NCBI GenBank assembly: GCA_050633245.1
Contig: JBOEGD010000012.1
Location: 64,001 to 128,000, forward strand
Reading direction: 5' to 3'
Origin: Calditrichia bacterium
GTDB taxonomy: Bacteria > Calditrichota > Calditrichia > RBG-13-44-9 > J075
DNA length: 64,000 nucleotides
Shown here: one piece after another, positions 1 through 10,676 of the stretch
Position numbering within the stretch: position 1 is the stretch's first letter
How the letters are laid out: each line of letters starts with the position of its first letter
The notes under the pieces: generated by a model
Told to the model about the DNA's origin: nothing
Databases searched by the model: none
Seen by the model: only the letters and a program-made list of their open reading frames with translations
Program-made: the position numbers and the translations under genes

Positions 1-272
1 AAAAATTTTTCATGGTTGATTGATAAAAATTAAGATTTTACTGAACAAACTCTTTGAAATGCTTTTTTGGATCGTTCTTAATACTGCCAACGTTTTATAG
101 TTGAAACGAAACAAATACAATGCGTCTTAAAATATACTATATATTTCCTTTACTACAATGATCGCTGGATCTTAATCAACTTAAAGTTTCCAAGATTTAT
201 CGGATAAGGCTAAAGTCCCCGACATTTTTGTTCTCACAAAACTACCGCGATCTAGATCCACTCCTGAAATAG

Positions 273-312
273 AACGAGTCTACTCCGGGGGAATGAAGTA
301 GACTCGTTTTTT
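273..312. terminator. Intrinsic terminator-like hairpin
   Basis: 12-bp stem AACGAGTCTACT/AGTAGACTCGTT with a T-run on the + side; lies just downstream of the minus-strand operon. Confidence 0.55.
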
Positions 313-367
313 AATAGCAATGCCGCCGGGGTCCAGTAGGCAACATCACTGTAATTATGGGCTATAC

Positions 368-3300
368 TTACTTAAGAAGCAGAACCCGTTGGGTTTGCTC
401 ATGTTGACTCGTGCTTAATCTTACAAAATACGTTCCGCTGGCAACACCGGAGGCGTTCCACTGATAGTTGTGCTCACCGGCATTTAGATTCTGATTCACC
501 AGTGTTTGCACCAAACGACCATTAATATCGTAAACCTTCAGATTTACAATCGTGCGTTCCGGAATACTAAAGCGGAAGGTGGTTGACGGATTAAACGGGT
601 TCGGATAATTGGGAAAGAATGTAAATTGATTTGGTATATTGGTCTCATCTCCTATACCGGTCGGATTACCAATCGTGAATGAGCCGCTTGCCACAGCACT
701 GCCTAAGAATGCGGCATCGACTGATTGTATGGACCAGACGTAACTTCCTTCTTCCAGGTTATCGATTAACCAGTTGACGGTAGCCCCAACATTTCCGGGT
801 TCCGGCAGGCGATAGGCCGTGGATATCGGCGTACCGTTTTGAGAAACCTTTAATTCATAGGTCAATGCCGCAGCGGGCGTATGGTCGTCATTGGCAGCAT
901 TCCATGTAAATACTACAGAGCTATCCGGTTGAACGTCAGCACTGAGACCATTAGGAGGTGTCGGTGCCAGGTTTTGCCCGGGGGAATCGTTGCGATAGAG
1001 ATGCATCTGAGCTTCCACTAGCCCATTGCCACCGGGGACAAAATACTGTCCGGCTATAAAGTAATCGAGATCCCCCTCACCATCAATATCTAACCAGGAG
1101 AAGGTTCCGCCGCGGGTTCCGGATGCCCTTGGGGCAGGCAGATCAGTCCCGGACTGACTGAAAACACCCCCATTGTTTTCATATATCCGTGCACGCCCTT
1201 CGATCTGCGAGCCTGAGTTATAAGTGCCTCCAAGCAGAATGTCGACATCGCCATCATTATCGTAATCCGCCCATGTAACGGCATTTACATCAAACCAGCC
1301 TTCACAGGGAATACAGTTGATAATCTCGATTGGTGAGTAGACATCATTATCGTTCTGATAGATTCGCAAGACGTTTTTATAGGTGCCGTCGGTATCATTA
1401 ACATTTCCACCGATCAGAATATCCAAATCTCCGTCGGCATCATAGTCGCCCCAATTTGCAGCCCCATGTTCTATAGTCAGTGAGTCGATGATATCCTGAG
1501 GGGTAAAGAATCCGTTTCCATCATTGCGATAGCGGCGAATAAAACCATCAAAGGTTAGCGGCTCTATATTAATTAGCAGTAAATCCAGATCCTGGTCGCC
1601 GTCATAATCTGCCCAAAAGCTCTGCGCGTGTGGAGCCGAGGTAAGTGCTGCATTCGTTTCCTCAGTAAAGATCCAGCCACCGCTGCCGTTTGGCCCATCA
1701 TTGCGCATCAGCTTTGTTTCATGTAAAAAAGTGATGTTATTATAAACCGACGGTAGCAAAAGATCGGCATCACCGTCGTTATCGTAATCTGCCCATGAAA
1801 TAGAATTCAGATCAAACTCTGCCTGGCCGTTGTCTTCCCAATATCCGGGCAGGAGCGTATTCGTCGGCACCATACTACCGGCATCATTTCGATATAGAAT
1901 TGTTTTTCCGTTCGTCCCAACCACCAAGTCCGGATCATTATCATTATCGACATCTCCCCAGGCCATGTCGGATGCTCCGGATGTCAGGGTGTCGAAGGGG
2001 AGGGAGATGTATTCAAAGTCCCATTGGGTTTGTGTGGATGAACCGTTATTTTGCAATAGTAGTAGCCGATAATCAACGCTTTGGTTATAGACGACATAAA
2101 AACCGAGCACCGCAATATCCAGATCGCCATCCAGATCAAAATCAGCCGGTGCGGTGGTAATAACCCAGAAGTCCTCATCCTGCGGCGTTACAAAAACGGA
2201 ATCAATGGGAGTAACTTCTGTAAATGCTCCAAAGGTACCTCCGGGACCAGGCTGAGCAACTACAGCTCGGAGAGTCGTATTGGAGTCGCCGTCATCATCA
2301 ACCACGGTTAATCTTACCAGATAGGTGTTTGCTGCGGCAAAGGTATGCGACGGATTGCGCTCGGTTGAAGTCGTCCCGTCACCAAACTCCCAGAACCAGC
2401 TGATAATTGTTCCGTCCGGGTCATTACTGGTATCGGTAAAATCAACGCTTAAACCAATGGTGTTAAACGTGAATGATGCTGCCGGTGGACGGTTTAACGG
2501 TGGAGGTGGTGGACCATTAAAATGTTCAATATATCCTTGAAATCCACCTGTCCAGGCATTGCCTGCTGTATCTGCTACGATCGTGCTAAAATTGCCAAAG
2601 CCTTCTGAACCAATTTGTAGCACTGCCCAGTTTTGTCCACCGTTAGCGGAATAATAGGCTAGGTTATCCAGTGTACTGAGCCAGATTTCATTTGGACCGA
2701 GTAAGTAGATGTCACTGAATTTAACCGACGTGGTTTGGGTCGGGAGTTCTTCCCAGGTTAATCCGCCGTCATTGCTGCGGGCCGCATAGCCGCCCCAGCC
2801 CACCACATAGCCGGTTGCTTCATCATAAAAATCAATATCAGCAACCTGAAACGGTGAGCCCGGCAGGGTTCCGGAAAACCAGTTCTGGCCGTTGTCATTC
2901 GTGATTTGCAATGGGCCACCGACGTTTACCGCCCAACCGTTTGGACCTTCGAAGTCCACAGCAACATACAGTCCTCCAAAGCCCGGTATGCCGGTCCATG
3001 TAGCTCCACCGTCAATTGTTTGTAATAATGCTCCTCCAATAGGCCCACTTCCGATAACCCACCCTTCAGATGGGCTACTGAATTGTAGATCATAACCGGA
3101 AAAGCCGCTGGGTTTTGCAATCAGAGGCTGCCAGCTTGCACCACCATCACCGCTGATGTGAACTTGTCCTGAGTTATCGATAATTGCTATTTCCTGAGCA
3201 GAAATAATGTCCACCGCTTCAATGTCTACGAAACCAAGACTTTGCTGCAGCTGCCATTTTCCATTTCCATCTGTCGTCAGGATAGTCCCTTCATCCCCTA

Positions 3301-4480
3301 CAGCAATCATTCGTCCATCATCGAAACGAGCTATGTCGTTAATTGCCTGACCAACTCCGCTGGATATCTGAGACCATGAGTTACCGCCATCTGTTGATTT
3401 TATAGCAAAGCCGTGACCGTATGCAAAATAGCCGGTTGAGGATGTAGGGAAAACAGGTACTGCACTACCGAAAAATCCCGGCCTTGGTCCTGGTGAAGCG
3501 AAAGTTTGACTCCAGGTCGCACCACCATCAATAGACAAATACATGTTTCCATCTTTATCTGCTCCAACAACGTTTTGTGTATCAAGAACTGTTAGAGCCA
3601 ATACGCCGGAAGGCATAACGGTGCCGATATCTGTCCAGGTTGCCCCACCATCTGCTGATCTGAAGACGCGGTTGTCCAAATTAGGAAATGCCCCTGTTCC
3701 CCAGGCAAGAACCGTTGTTTCAGAAAGCACGGTGAAGTTTGACTTTTCATTTGCCGAACCAACATCGATCCATGTTGAACCGCTATTCGTACTACGCATT
3801 ATTCTATCATCCACAATTGCCAGCAGGGTATTAGCAGACAGGTAAGTGGCATCCTTTGCATCGCCGGATAGCAGTAGAGAAATTGTGCTGCCGCCGTCAG
3901 TTGTCCCGTAAAGGCCACTTGCCGAAACGCCCAGTGCGTTTTGAGCATCAAAGAAGTCAAACCGGAATATATCATTTGGAGAAGCAGACCAATTCAGACC
4001 TCCATCAATACTTACCTGTATGCCGAAGTTACCACTGGCGATTCCAAAGTCAGGCGTGTAAAACTCCATAAAATAGGTTGAGCCTAAAAATGGAATCTCT
4101 GTCCAGGTGGTGCCCCCGTCCAATGTCCGGTAATTATTATTTCCATAGGTCCAGCCTCTTTGCGAATCGAGAAAGAATATACCGTTCAGCGGTGAATTCA
4201 GGTTGATCGGCACATTTCTCTGTACCCAGGTATCACCTCGGTCTGTTGATTCAAAGAGTGCACCATTGTTGTCAAAAGGGTCATCATCGGTGGCAAGAAA
4301 TATTCTATTTTCAGTCGGTGCAGCCATACCGCCTACATCAAGATCTGTTGGAACAGGACTCTCTGTCGACCATTGCGTGAAACCTGTGGAGTGCAGCAAA
4401 AAACACATCAGGAAGGTTAATAAGAATGTTGTTGAGCGATATGTATTTTGTATTACTAGTTTTGTTTTGAACGTTTTCAT
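368..4480 (-). CDS. Large secreted protein: BNR/YCF48 propellers + PKD + FG-GAP/VCBS repeats + FN3-like + T9SS-type CTD
   Basis: Signal peptide; many SxDGGxTW Asp-boxes; WEFGDG PKD motif; WxDYDxDGDxD repeats; C-terminal NYPNPFNPSTT...SGTYFVRL. Confidence 0.9.
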   Translation of the reverse strand: MKTFKTKLVIQNTYRSTTFLLTFLMCFLLHSTGFTQWSTESPVPTDLDVGGMAAPTENRIFLATDDDPFDNNGALFESTDRGDTWVQRNVPINLNSPLNGIFFLDSQRGWTYGNNNYRTLDGGTTWTEIPFLGSTYFMEFYTPDFGIASGNFGIQVSIDGGLNWSASPNDIFRFDFFDAQNALGVSASGLYGTTDGGSTISLLLSGDAKDATYLSANTLLAIVDDRIMRSTNSGSTWIDVGSANEKSNFTVLSETTVLAWGTGAFPNLDNRVFRSADGGATWTDIGTVMPSGVLALTVLDTQNVVGADKDGNMYLSIDGGATWSQTFASPGPRPGFFGSAVPVFPTSSTGYFAYGHGFAIKSTDGGNSWSQISSGVGQAINDIARFDDGRMIAVGDEGTILTTDGNGKWQLQQSLGFVDIEAVDIISAQEIAIIDNSGQVHISGDGGASWQPLIAKPSGFSGYDLQFSSPSEGWVIGSGPIGGALLQTIDGGATWTGIPGFGGLYVAVDFEGPNGWAVNVGGPLQITNDNGQNWFSGTLPGSPFQVADIDFYDEATGYVVGWGGYAARSNDGGLTWEELPTQTTSVKFSDIYLLGPNEIWLSTLDNLAYYSANGGQNWAVLQIGSEGFGNFSTIVADTAGNAWTGGFQGYIEHFNGPPPPPLNRPPAASFTFNTIGLSVDFTDTSNDPDGTIISWFWEFGDGTTSTERNPSHTFAAANTYLVRLTVVDDDGDSNTTLRAVVAQPGPGGTFGAFTEVTPIDSVFVTPQDEDFWVITTAPADFDLDGDLDIAVLGFYVVYNQSVDYRLLLLQNNGSSTQTQWDFEYISLPFDTLTSGASDMAWGDVDNDNDPDLVVGTNGKTILYRNDAGSMVPTNTLLPGYWEDNGQAEFDLNSISWADYDNDGDADLLLPSVYNNITFLHETKLMRNDGPNGSGGWIFTEETNAALTSAPHAQSFWADYDGDQDLDLLLINIEPLTFDGFIRRYRNDGNGFFTPQDIIDSLTIEHGAANWGDYDADGDLDILIGGNVNDTDGTYKNVLRIYQNDNDVYSPIEIINCIPCEGWFDVNAVTWADYDNDGDVDILLGGTYNSGSQIEGRARIYENNGGVFSQSGTDLPAPRASGTRGGTFSWLDIDGEGDLDYFIAGQYFVPGGNGLVEAQMHLYRNDSPGQNLAPTPPNGLSADVQPDSSVVFTWNAANDDHTPAAALTYELKVSQNGTPISTAYRLPEPGNVGATVNWLIDNLEEGSYVWSIQSVDAAFLGSAVASGSFTIGNPTGIGDETNIPNQFTFFPNYPNPFNPSTTFRFSIPERTIVNLKVYDINGRLVQTLVNQNLNAGEHNYQWNASGVASGTYFVRLSTSQHEQTQRVLLLK

Positions 4481-4526
4481 TTTATCCCCATTTGCAAATA
4501 CGGTTGGTCTTTTCGTGCTATGATGA

Positions 4527-5744
4527 TTACTTCATTAAAAGCATTTTACGCATCAATGCGGAGCCATTTTGTTTTAACTCGTAGAAATAAACACCGCTCG
4601 GTAAATATTCTGCCTCAAATGTATAGGTGTATTCTCCTGATGGGGCTGTTGCGACGTTTATAGATTGAACTATCTGTCCAACAGCGTTAAATATATTTAG
4701 CTGAACAGGACCCGCTTTTAGAACCCGGTAACGAATTGTAGTGGATGGATTAAAGGGATTTGGGTAGTTTTGATCAAGTTCGATTCCTTCAGGGTGGATG
4801 GACGTTACATCCTCAATACCGGTTGCGGATTCAAACACATATATCACGCCCGCATCTCCGACAGCCCAGCCACGCTCGGGGGAGGCAAAGTGTACTTCGG
4901 TAATTTCACCAAAGGCTGTTCCATTGAACTGCAGCGTCCAGTTTAAGCCGCCATCTGTGGTTTGGTAGATATTATGGCCTTCGCTGGTTGCCCATCCCAG
5001 TTCATTATTGATAAAAAACAGGCCGTTAAGATCTTCTACTATTCCTGTTGAACGTGAGGACCAGGTAGTTCCACCGTTATCGGTAAACAAAAGCGAAGGA
5101 GTGCTGCTGCGGCTAATATAGCCAACTTGGCTGTCTAGAAACTGTACGTCCTGAATGTCATCGCCGCCCGGTGATTGGCTAACCCAACTGGCTCCGGCAT
5201 TCTGAGTATGACGCAGAAGAGCTCCGTTACCGACGATCCAGGCGAGGTCACTTCCGATTGCATCAATGGAGCGGATTCTTGAGCCGCTTCCGGTTACCAA
5301 GCTGCTCCAGTTTACTCCGTTGTCCACAGACCGGATTGCCGCGCCACCCTCTCCGGCAGCCCAGACAACGTCACCACTGCCCCAGGCAACACCACGAAGC
5401 TGCGAGGCCGTAGGGGAGGTCTGCAAGGTCCAGGATTGGCCGCCGTTTGTGGTTTGAAAGACCGTGCCGCCATCACCTACAACAATCCCGAGATTGGCAT
5501 CTTTAAATGCTATGCCCTGTAAATCAGCGCCAGTTAATGCCACCGAATTCCAGTTCATCCCACCATCTGTTGTATGTAGTAACACTCCATTATCTCCGCA
5601 GACCCAGGCTTCAGCAGCACTTAGGGCAAACACATCATCAAGGTCAGCCGTTACGCCACTGTTTTGTGCTGACCAGTTTTGCGCATGTAAACCCATGCTG
5701 ATTACCAGCAGGAAAAACCAAATTAACTTAGCATTCTTTTTCAT
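4527..5744 (-). CDS. Secreted YCF48/BNR-repeat protein with T9SS-type CTD
   Basis: Start moved to ATG 5744 (MKKNAK, signal peptide) behind GGAAAGGAGAGG RBS; TxDGGxxW repeats; NYPNPFNP tail. Confidence 0.88.
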   Translation of the reverse strand: MKKNAKLIWFFLLVISMGLHAQNWSAQNSGVTADLDDVFALSAAEAWVCGDNGVLLHTTDGGMNWNSVALTGADLQGIAFKDANLGIVVGDGGTVFQTTNGGQSWTLQTSPTASQLRGVAWGSGDVVWAAGEGGAAIRSVDNGVNWSSLVTGSGSRIRSIDAIGSDLAWIVGNGALLRHTQNAGASWVSQSPGGDDIQDVQFLDSQVGYISRSSTPSLLFTDNGGTTWSSRSTGIVEDLNGLFFINNELGWATSEGHNIYQTTDGGLNWTLQFNGTAFGEITEVHFASPERGWAVGDAGVIYVFESATGIEDVTSIHPEGIELDQNYPNPFNPSTTIRYRVLKAGPVQLNIFNAVGQIVQSINVATAPSGEYTYTFEAEYLPSGVYFYELKQNGSALMRKMLLMK

Positions 5745-5783
5745 AATCCTCTCCTTTCCATCGCCTTTTGGCAACGGATATTG

Positions 5784-7619
5784 TTAAAAGTGAAACCCGA
5801 AACTAAAAAACATTGTTGGAATACCCATCAGTGCCAGCCCACTTAAGCTGACGCCAACAAGCACCAGCAAAAATGGCACAATCACAGCGGTCTGTATAAA
5901 CGGGTTTAGCCAGGAAGACCGATGCAGTAAAGGCATAAGAGCAAAGCCGAAAGCAAGCCCCAGGAAAGATATCTGCATTAGCTTCAGGCAGACGATTCCG
6001 AACAAAATACCACAGGCAACCTCGAATAATTGTACCGGCTTTTGATCCGGATGACTGCGGTAGAAAAACTCTTTTACACCAGTCCTGAACCGGTCCTTAA
6101 ATGGAGGTAAAGAGCTTTTCTCAACGTTCTCGGATTTATCGCCGGTTACCAGGAAAGTTGCCTTACCGGTGAGCATGTAAGACAGTACCCCAACGCTGGA
6201 TAGGGGGCCCAGCGTGGCATAAACTGCCGTACTGTGGGTGAGGAATTTCGCGAGCCTGACTGGTTGCCTATACATATCCAACAAAAAGCACAGTACCGGG
6301 GCAAATAGCGTAAGTGTGGTAAGGATAAAAAAGTCCGCTGTTAGCAAGACATTAAATCCCGGATCCAGCACATAAATTGGCAACACCCATTCACTGCCTG
6401 CGAGAGCGATGGTTACATCTTTTTCGATACCAAAATACCAGGGGAACAGCAGGTTGGTATTGATCATAAAGAGAAAGTAAAACAGCGTCAGCGGCAGGTT
6501 GAGCGTAGGGAAAAGAATATCAAATTTCTCCTGCCAGGTTATGGTTCTGCTCTTTAAAAGGCGCCCGGATTCATAACGCAGAAATTCACAGGTACCGCGG
6601 GTCCATTTCATATGGCGGACGCGAAAGCTTCGTATATCTTCGGGAAAGTCTTCATAGCAGACCACCTCTTTCGCGAAGTAGCCTCGCCAGCCAAGCTCCC
6701 TTGCGCGAATGGCAAAGGCGAGGTCTTCGCTAACAATTTCCGGGAATCCGCCCATGGCAGTCCAGCATTCCTTGCGCAACACTGCACCATGTCCCAGAAA
6801 CATCACAAATCCAAATCTGTTGCGTAATGGCTGATACCAGCGCCAGTGGATATCAATGCCGATTCCCATAGCTTTGGCAAGCGGCGAATCTGCAGCAGGA
6901 TTGCATTTATGATTAGCCTGCACGAATCCAATAGAGCTATCGGCTTCCATATAGGGGACCGTTTTCGAGAGAAAATCCGGTGGTAGAATTTCATCTGCAT
7001 CTGCTATGGCAAAATAAGGCTCATCTAGTTGTTGCAGAGCATTGTTGAGGTTTCCGGCTTTAAATCCTTTCCTATCTGTTCGCCGGATTACTCGAACATT
7101 TGAATGCCGGGAAGCAAACGCATCTACTTTTTGTTTGTATTCAACGGAGCTACTGTCATCAAGTAAGTAAACGGTATAGTTTTTATAGTCCTGCCGAACA
7201 CAGGATTCCACACTAGCCTCAACAAAGTCATTGCATGTTGTATATAAAAGCGCTATCGGTGGTTCAAAAGCATCCTTATTGATTGCTGGCAACGTGGGTT
7301 CAGGCGGAAGGAAGTATTTATTGATTAACGCAAAAACAATAACACCGATATTAAAAAAGCCATATAGCCATGCAACCAGAACAAATACGATAAAGAACCC
7401 TAATATTCCTTGAGCAATCGGGTCACTGCTAATCGACAAAATGCTGAGCAACCGAGGCATAAACCAGACCATGCTTGCTCCCCACAGAGCAAAGATGAAC
7501 CAATAGAGTGCACTGGAGGGACTTGCAGCCTGAATAGTAGAACTGTATGGCTTCTGCGCTGATGAACATCTTTTCTTTTGTTTATTTTCTATTTGAAGGC
7601 ATAGCGATTCCTGAGTCAT
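5784..7619 (-). CDS. Processive GT2 glycosyltransferase (cellulose/beta-glucan synthase-like), multi-pass membrane
   Basis: LLDDS, GFKAGNLN, IADAD, SED motifs and a variant QxxRW (RHMKW); N- and C-terminal TM helices. Confidence 0.88.
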   Translation of the reverse strand: MTQESLCLQIENKQKKRCSSAQKPYSSTIQAASPSSALYWFIFALWGASMVWFMPRLLSILSISSDPIAQGILGFFIVFVLVAWLYGFFNIGVIVFALINKYFLPPEPTLPAINKDAFEPPIALLYTTCNDFVEASVESCVRQDYKNYTVYLLDDSSSVEYKQKVDAFASRHSNVRVIRRTDRKGFKAGNLNNALQQLDEPYFAIADADEILPPDFLSKTVPYMEADSSIGFVQANHKCNPAADSPLAKAMGIGIDIHWRWYQPLRNRFGFVMFLGHGAVLRKECWTAMGGFPEIVSEDLAFAIRARELGWRGYFAKEVVCYEDFPEDIRSFRVRHMKWTRGTCEFLRYESGRLLKSRTITWQEKFDILFPTLNLPLTLFYFLFMINTNLLFPWYFGIEKDVTIALAGSEWVLPIYVLDPGFNVLLTADFFILTTLTLFAPVLCFLLDMYRQPVRLAKFLTHSTAVYATLGPLSSVGVLSYMLTGKATFLVTGDKSENVEKSSLPPFKDRFRTGVKEFFYRSHPDQKPVQLFEVACGILFGIVCLKLMQISFLGLAFGFALMPLLHRSSWLNPFIQTAVIVPFLLVLVGVSLSGLALMGIPTMFFSFGFHF

Positions 7620-7622
7620 GAT

Positions 7623-9008
7623 CTAATTCCTTTCCAGACGGAGTTTGAGACCAACGGAAATAGTCTGATAGTCCAGAAGGGGCGTTGATTCATATCGATA
7701 TTGAGCATACAGCCAATGCTGATGAAGCAAAAGCAGGTCGGTTTGTAAGGAGGCACTAAAAATGTCGCCTTCTGCAGCAGGGATTACACTTGTGGTTTGA
7801 CCATAAACAACCGAACTGCTAAGCCTAAGAAGAGTATGGACATCGAATGAAGTATTGAGTACTGTCCTCCAGTCGGAATCCCGGCGTTCATTAAAGCTGG
7901 AAAAATACATCAGAGGTTCGAGAAACAGCCTAGGGTTCGGAGAATATCCAAAACCGGCATACCCTGCTAAATCTGACTTCCGCTGTGAGGCAGAAGCAGC
8001 TATTCCACCAGCTTTGATCGTGAAGCTTTTGCCCAGGAAGAAAACTTGCTCAAGACTACCTATCAGCAGTTCCTCGCCTGTAGGGATGTCGACTACTCCC
8101 ATCTCCAGCTTACTGGTCAGGTGTGGAGTAAAATGATTAGACAAGCCTAAAAAATAACCCGGAACCACCTCATTAAGTTGTTGGAAAAATAGATTATCAG
8201 CACCAAGAGAATTGTCATATCTTGCCCAAAAACGCAGATCCTCACCGGGCCAAACTCCCAGCTCAACTGCCCTGAGATCATTAAAGGATTCATTCTTGAA
8301 TTGGCTGTTACCACCTCGAATATCCAGTTCTAAAATTGGTGAACGCCTGGTTGTTTGATGCAGATAGTTTTCATACTCTGAATCAGCAGCTCCCTGCCTA
8401 GATGCCTCACGAAACATTCTGCGCGCATCGCGGAATTTACCCGTAGCATGATACGCTCTACCTAACCCAGCAGATGAAGCGGCATCCAGCTCTCCAATAG
8501 CTTTTAGTTTCTCAAACCACTTAACAGCTTCGGTAGGTTGATTCTGCCATAGAGATGACCAAGCCATTCCTTTAATTGCTTCAGGATGATCCGGCGATTT
8601 GTTTAACAACCTTAAGAACCGATTTTCACCGGCTTCAAAGTCATTTGCCCAAATCAGATTGTAGCCAAGACCTATGAGCGCGTCGGAGTTGTTTGGATGC
8701 GTAACTAAAACGAGCAGAAAATCGGCCTGGGCAGCACTGTAGTTTTTTTGCCAGGCACGCAAATGCGCTCTACTCATTCTTGCCTGAAGATGTTCAGGAT
8801 CTGCTTCCAGGATGCGAGTATAGACTTTCTCTGCATTTGCATAGTCACCCTTATTGGTATAGACCGCAGCCTGATCAAACAGGGATTCTAATGGCACTCC
8901 CTTTTGGGCATGAAGCATTGCGGGTATACAAATGCAAATGCTAATTAATAGATAAACGGATAGCTTTAAGTAACCGTACAAACTGGTGAAGTAATCGCCT
9001 CTCTTCAT
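7623..9008 (-). CDS. TPR protein with C-terminal outer-membrane beta-barrel-like region (YaiO/PgaA-like exporter candidate)
   Basis: Signal peptide, several TPRs, then amphipathic beta-strand pattern ending ISVGLKLRL; adjacent to GT2. Confidence 0.7.
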   Translation of the reverse strand: MKRGDYFTSLYGYLKLSVYLLISICICIPAMLHAQKGVPLESLFDQAAVYTNKGDYANAEKVYTRILEADPEHLQARMSRAHLRAWQKNYSAAQADFLLVLVTHPNNSDALIGLGYNLIWANDFEAGENRFLRLLNKSPDHPEAIKGMAWSSLWQNQPTEAVKWFEKLKAIGELDAASSAGLGRAYHATGKFRDARRMFREASRQGAADSEYENYLHQTTRRSPILELDIRGGNSQFKNESFNDLRAVELGVWPGEDLRFWARYDNSLGADNLFFQQLNEVVPGYFLGLSNHFTPHLTSKLEMGVVDIPTGEELLIGSLEQVFFLGKSFTIKAGGIAASASQRKSDLAGYAGFGYSPNPRLFLEPLMYFSSFNERRDSDWRTVLNTSFDVHTLLRLSSSVVYGQTTSVIPAAEGDIFSASLQTDLLLLHQHWLYAQYRYESTPLLDYQTISVGLKLRLERN

Positions 9009-9068
9009 AAGTATTCTCCCAGATAATCATTACAAAAAATTTTATTGGAGGGTATCCGGGACAATCCT

Positions 9069-9085
9069 ATTCAAAGTATGTGCCA
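9069..9085 (-). promoter_or_regulatory. Sigma54-like -24/-12 promoter
   Basis: Minus strand TGGCAC-ATACT-TTGAAT, about 60 nt upstream of the ATG at 9008; -12 is GA rather than GC. Confidence 0.55.
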
Positions 9086-9480
9086 TTTATGAAGTCTAGG
9101 GGGCTAACTAAAATAGATATAGGTGTTTACAAATCTAAGGAGGATTAGAAGAGGTAAGGAGTTAAAACTCTGACATGCACGGAGGTGCAAAATATGCTGA
9201 TGGGCAAACTATTATATCAAAAGAAATAAACTGAGGAAGAAATTATATAAAATAATTATATACGATATATTGCCCTCCCCTTAAAACAAATCAAAATCTG
9301 ATAATGGATAGTTAATTCAGTTACAGAAAGTTATTATTTAAAGGGGCACAATCTATCTTGATTCACATATTTGGCTTAGTTTTCTAATAAGAAGCCAAAT
9401 ATAAGAATCTGCGATTTATGCAAAATAGTAAGTAGTTTTAAAATCAATTGCTTTTTGAATTAACAAGATAAATCCCCATA

Positions 9481-10416
9481 TCATTCATCCATAATCTGGT
9501 TTACTTCAATATTGATATCCATTGGAGGGGGTACAATATCCCCCTGTCTTAGACGTTGGATTCGCTCTAACTCATTCAGGGCCTTATAAAACTGACGGTT
9601 CAATGCCCCCTCATACCGCAGCAGCCGGTCCAGGCTATCCTTACCGGGCATTTGTCCTAGCTTACTCTTAACTTCCAGAGCCATGCGGTCTTTCTCCTGT
9701 TCTTTGCTCAGAGCCTTTTTGAGTTCTTGAATTTTATCCTGACACTCTTTTACAAGATCATCGCATTTCTTAATGAGGGCTTTCCAGATTTGTGCATCGG
9801 ACCAGTTAAGGGCAGTATTGATAAACTTGTGCAGATCAGGTGCTTCAAGATACTCGGCAATATTATGTTCATCGATTGTTTCATCCAGATCTCCGTGCAA
9901 GTGATCCCAGTTTTCTTCCCAGTCATAGATTTCGCTCAGAGGCACCTTCTTTTTAAATTTTTCCGATAAATCCGCTTTATCTTTTTTCCAATGTTCAATG
10001 ATGCCTTGCTGCTGTTCAATTTCTTCCTGAAGTTTTTCAACCTGATCATGGATCTTTTCGCCCCGCCAGTCTTTCGCATCAAAATAGTAATCCGTTGCAT
10101 AATCTAGGCTGCTGCGAATCAAACCAACCTCATAACGATAAGCCCGGCGTAAACGCCAATACAGTGAGGCAATCTTTTCCAGCAGCATCTCTTCAATAGT
10201 GCCGACCGGTTGGAGCTCCTGCTTCAGGTCATTCAATAGCTGCTCAAATTCTTTTGGATCTTCTGCCCCCTCCCCTTTCAGCACCACAACTTCTTTGGCA
10301 AGCAGACCATGCTTAACAGCATTGAACCTCACAATGGCTTTGCCAGTATCAGTTTTCACTCCACCCTTTTTTGCATTCTTTCGATTGGCTGCAAGCTGCT
10401 TTTTCGAAACGGTCAT
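9481..10416 (-). CDS. Mobile-element protein with 'KQLAANRKNAKK...GK...NAVKHGL' N-terminus (HGGxSTG-related, small-terminase-like position), coiled coil
   Basis: Recognisable N-terminal motif of prophage/satellite proteins; C-terminal LLRYE...QFYKALNELERIQ. Confidence 0.65.
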   Translation of the reverse strand: MTVSKKQLAANRKNAKKGGVKTDTGKAIVRFNAVKHGLLAKEVVVLKGEGAEDPKEFEQLLNDLKQELQPVGTIEEMLLEKIASLYWRLRRAYRYEVGLIRSSLDYATDYYFDAKDWRGEKIHDQVEKLQEEIEQQQGIIEHWKKDKADLSEKFKKKVPLSEIYDWEENWDHLHGDLDETIDEHNIAEYLEAPDLHKFINTALNWSDAQIWKALIKKCDDLVKECQDKIQELKKALSKEQEKDRMALEVKSKLGQMPGKDSLDRLLRYEGALNRQFYKALNELERIQRLRQGDIVPPPMDINIEVNQIMDE

Positions 10417-10433
10417 TATCTTATCCTTTCAAT

Positions 10434-10676
10434 CTAGTTCTTAAATCGTGCGCTGAGTATTAGCCTGAGGGACATTTTCTCTGCTACCTCGCGGGAAAGA
10501 CCACCATCACATTCTATGATGGCTGCTCGTTCATCAAATTGTTCTTTTTCAATCCCTGAAAATCGATCAATTAGAATACGCTGAGCAACCGTTACCAGCT
10601 TTGAGTAGTCTTTTGTTTTCGGAGGATCACAACTCTCTATCCGCCATTCACCTTTTTCAAATATCATTACTTCCAT
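10434..10676 (-). CDS. Small primase-associated hypothetical protein
   Basis: FDERAAIIECDGGLSREVAE motif common next to phage/satellite primases; GGGGGC RBS. Confidence 0.7.
   Translation of the reverse strand: MEVMIFEKGEWRIESCDPPKTKDYSKLVTVAQRILIDRFSGIEKEQFDERAAIIECDGGLSREVAEKMSLRLILSARFKN

Noticed and set aside
1-13. Possible start (ATG AAA AAT TTT) of a minus-strand gene leaving the window
   Set aside because: Only four codons visible; cannot be supported
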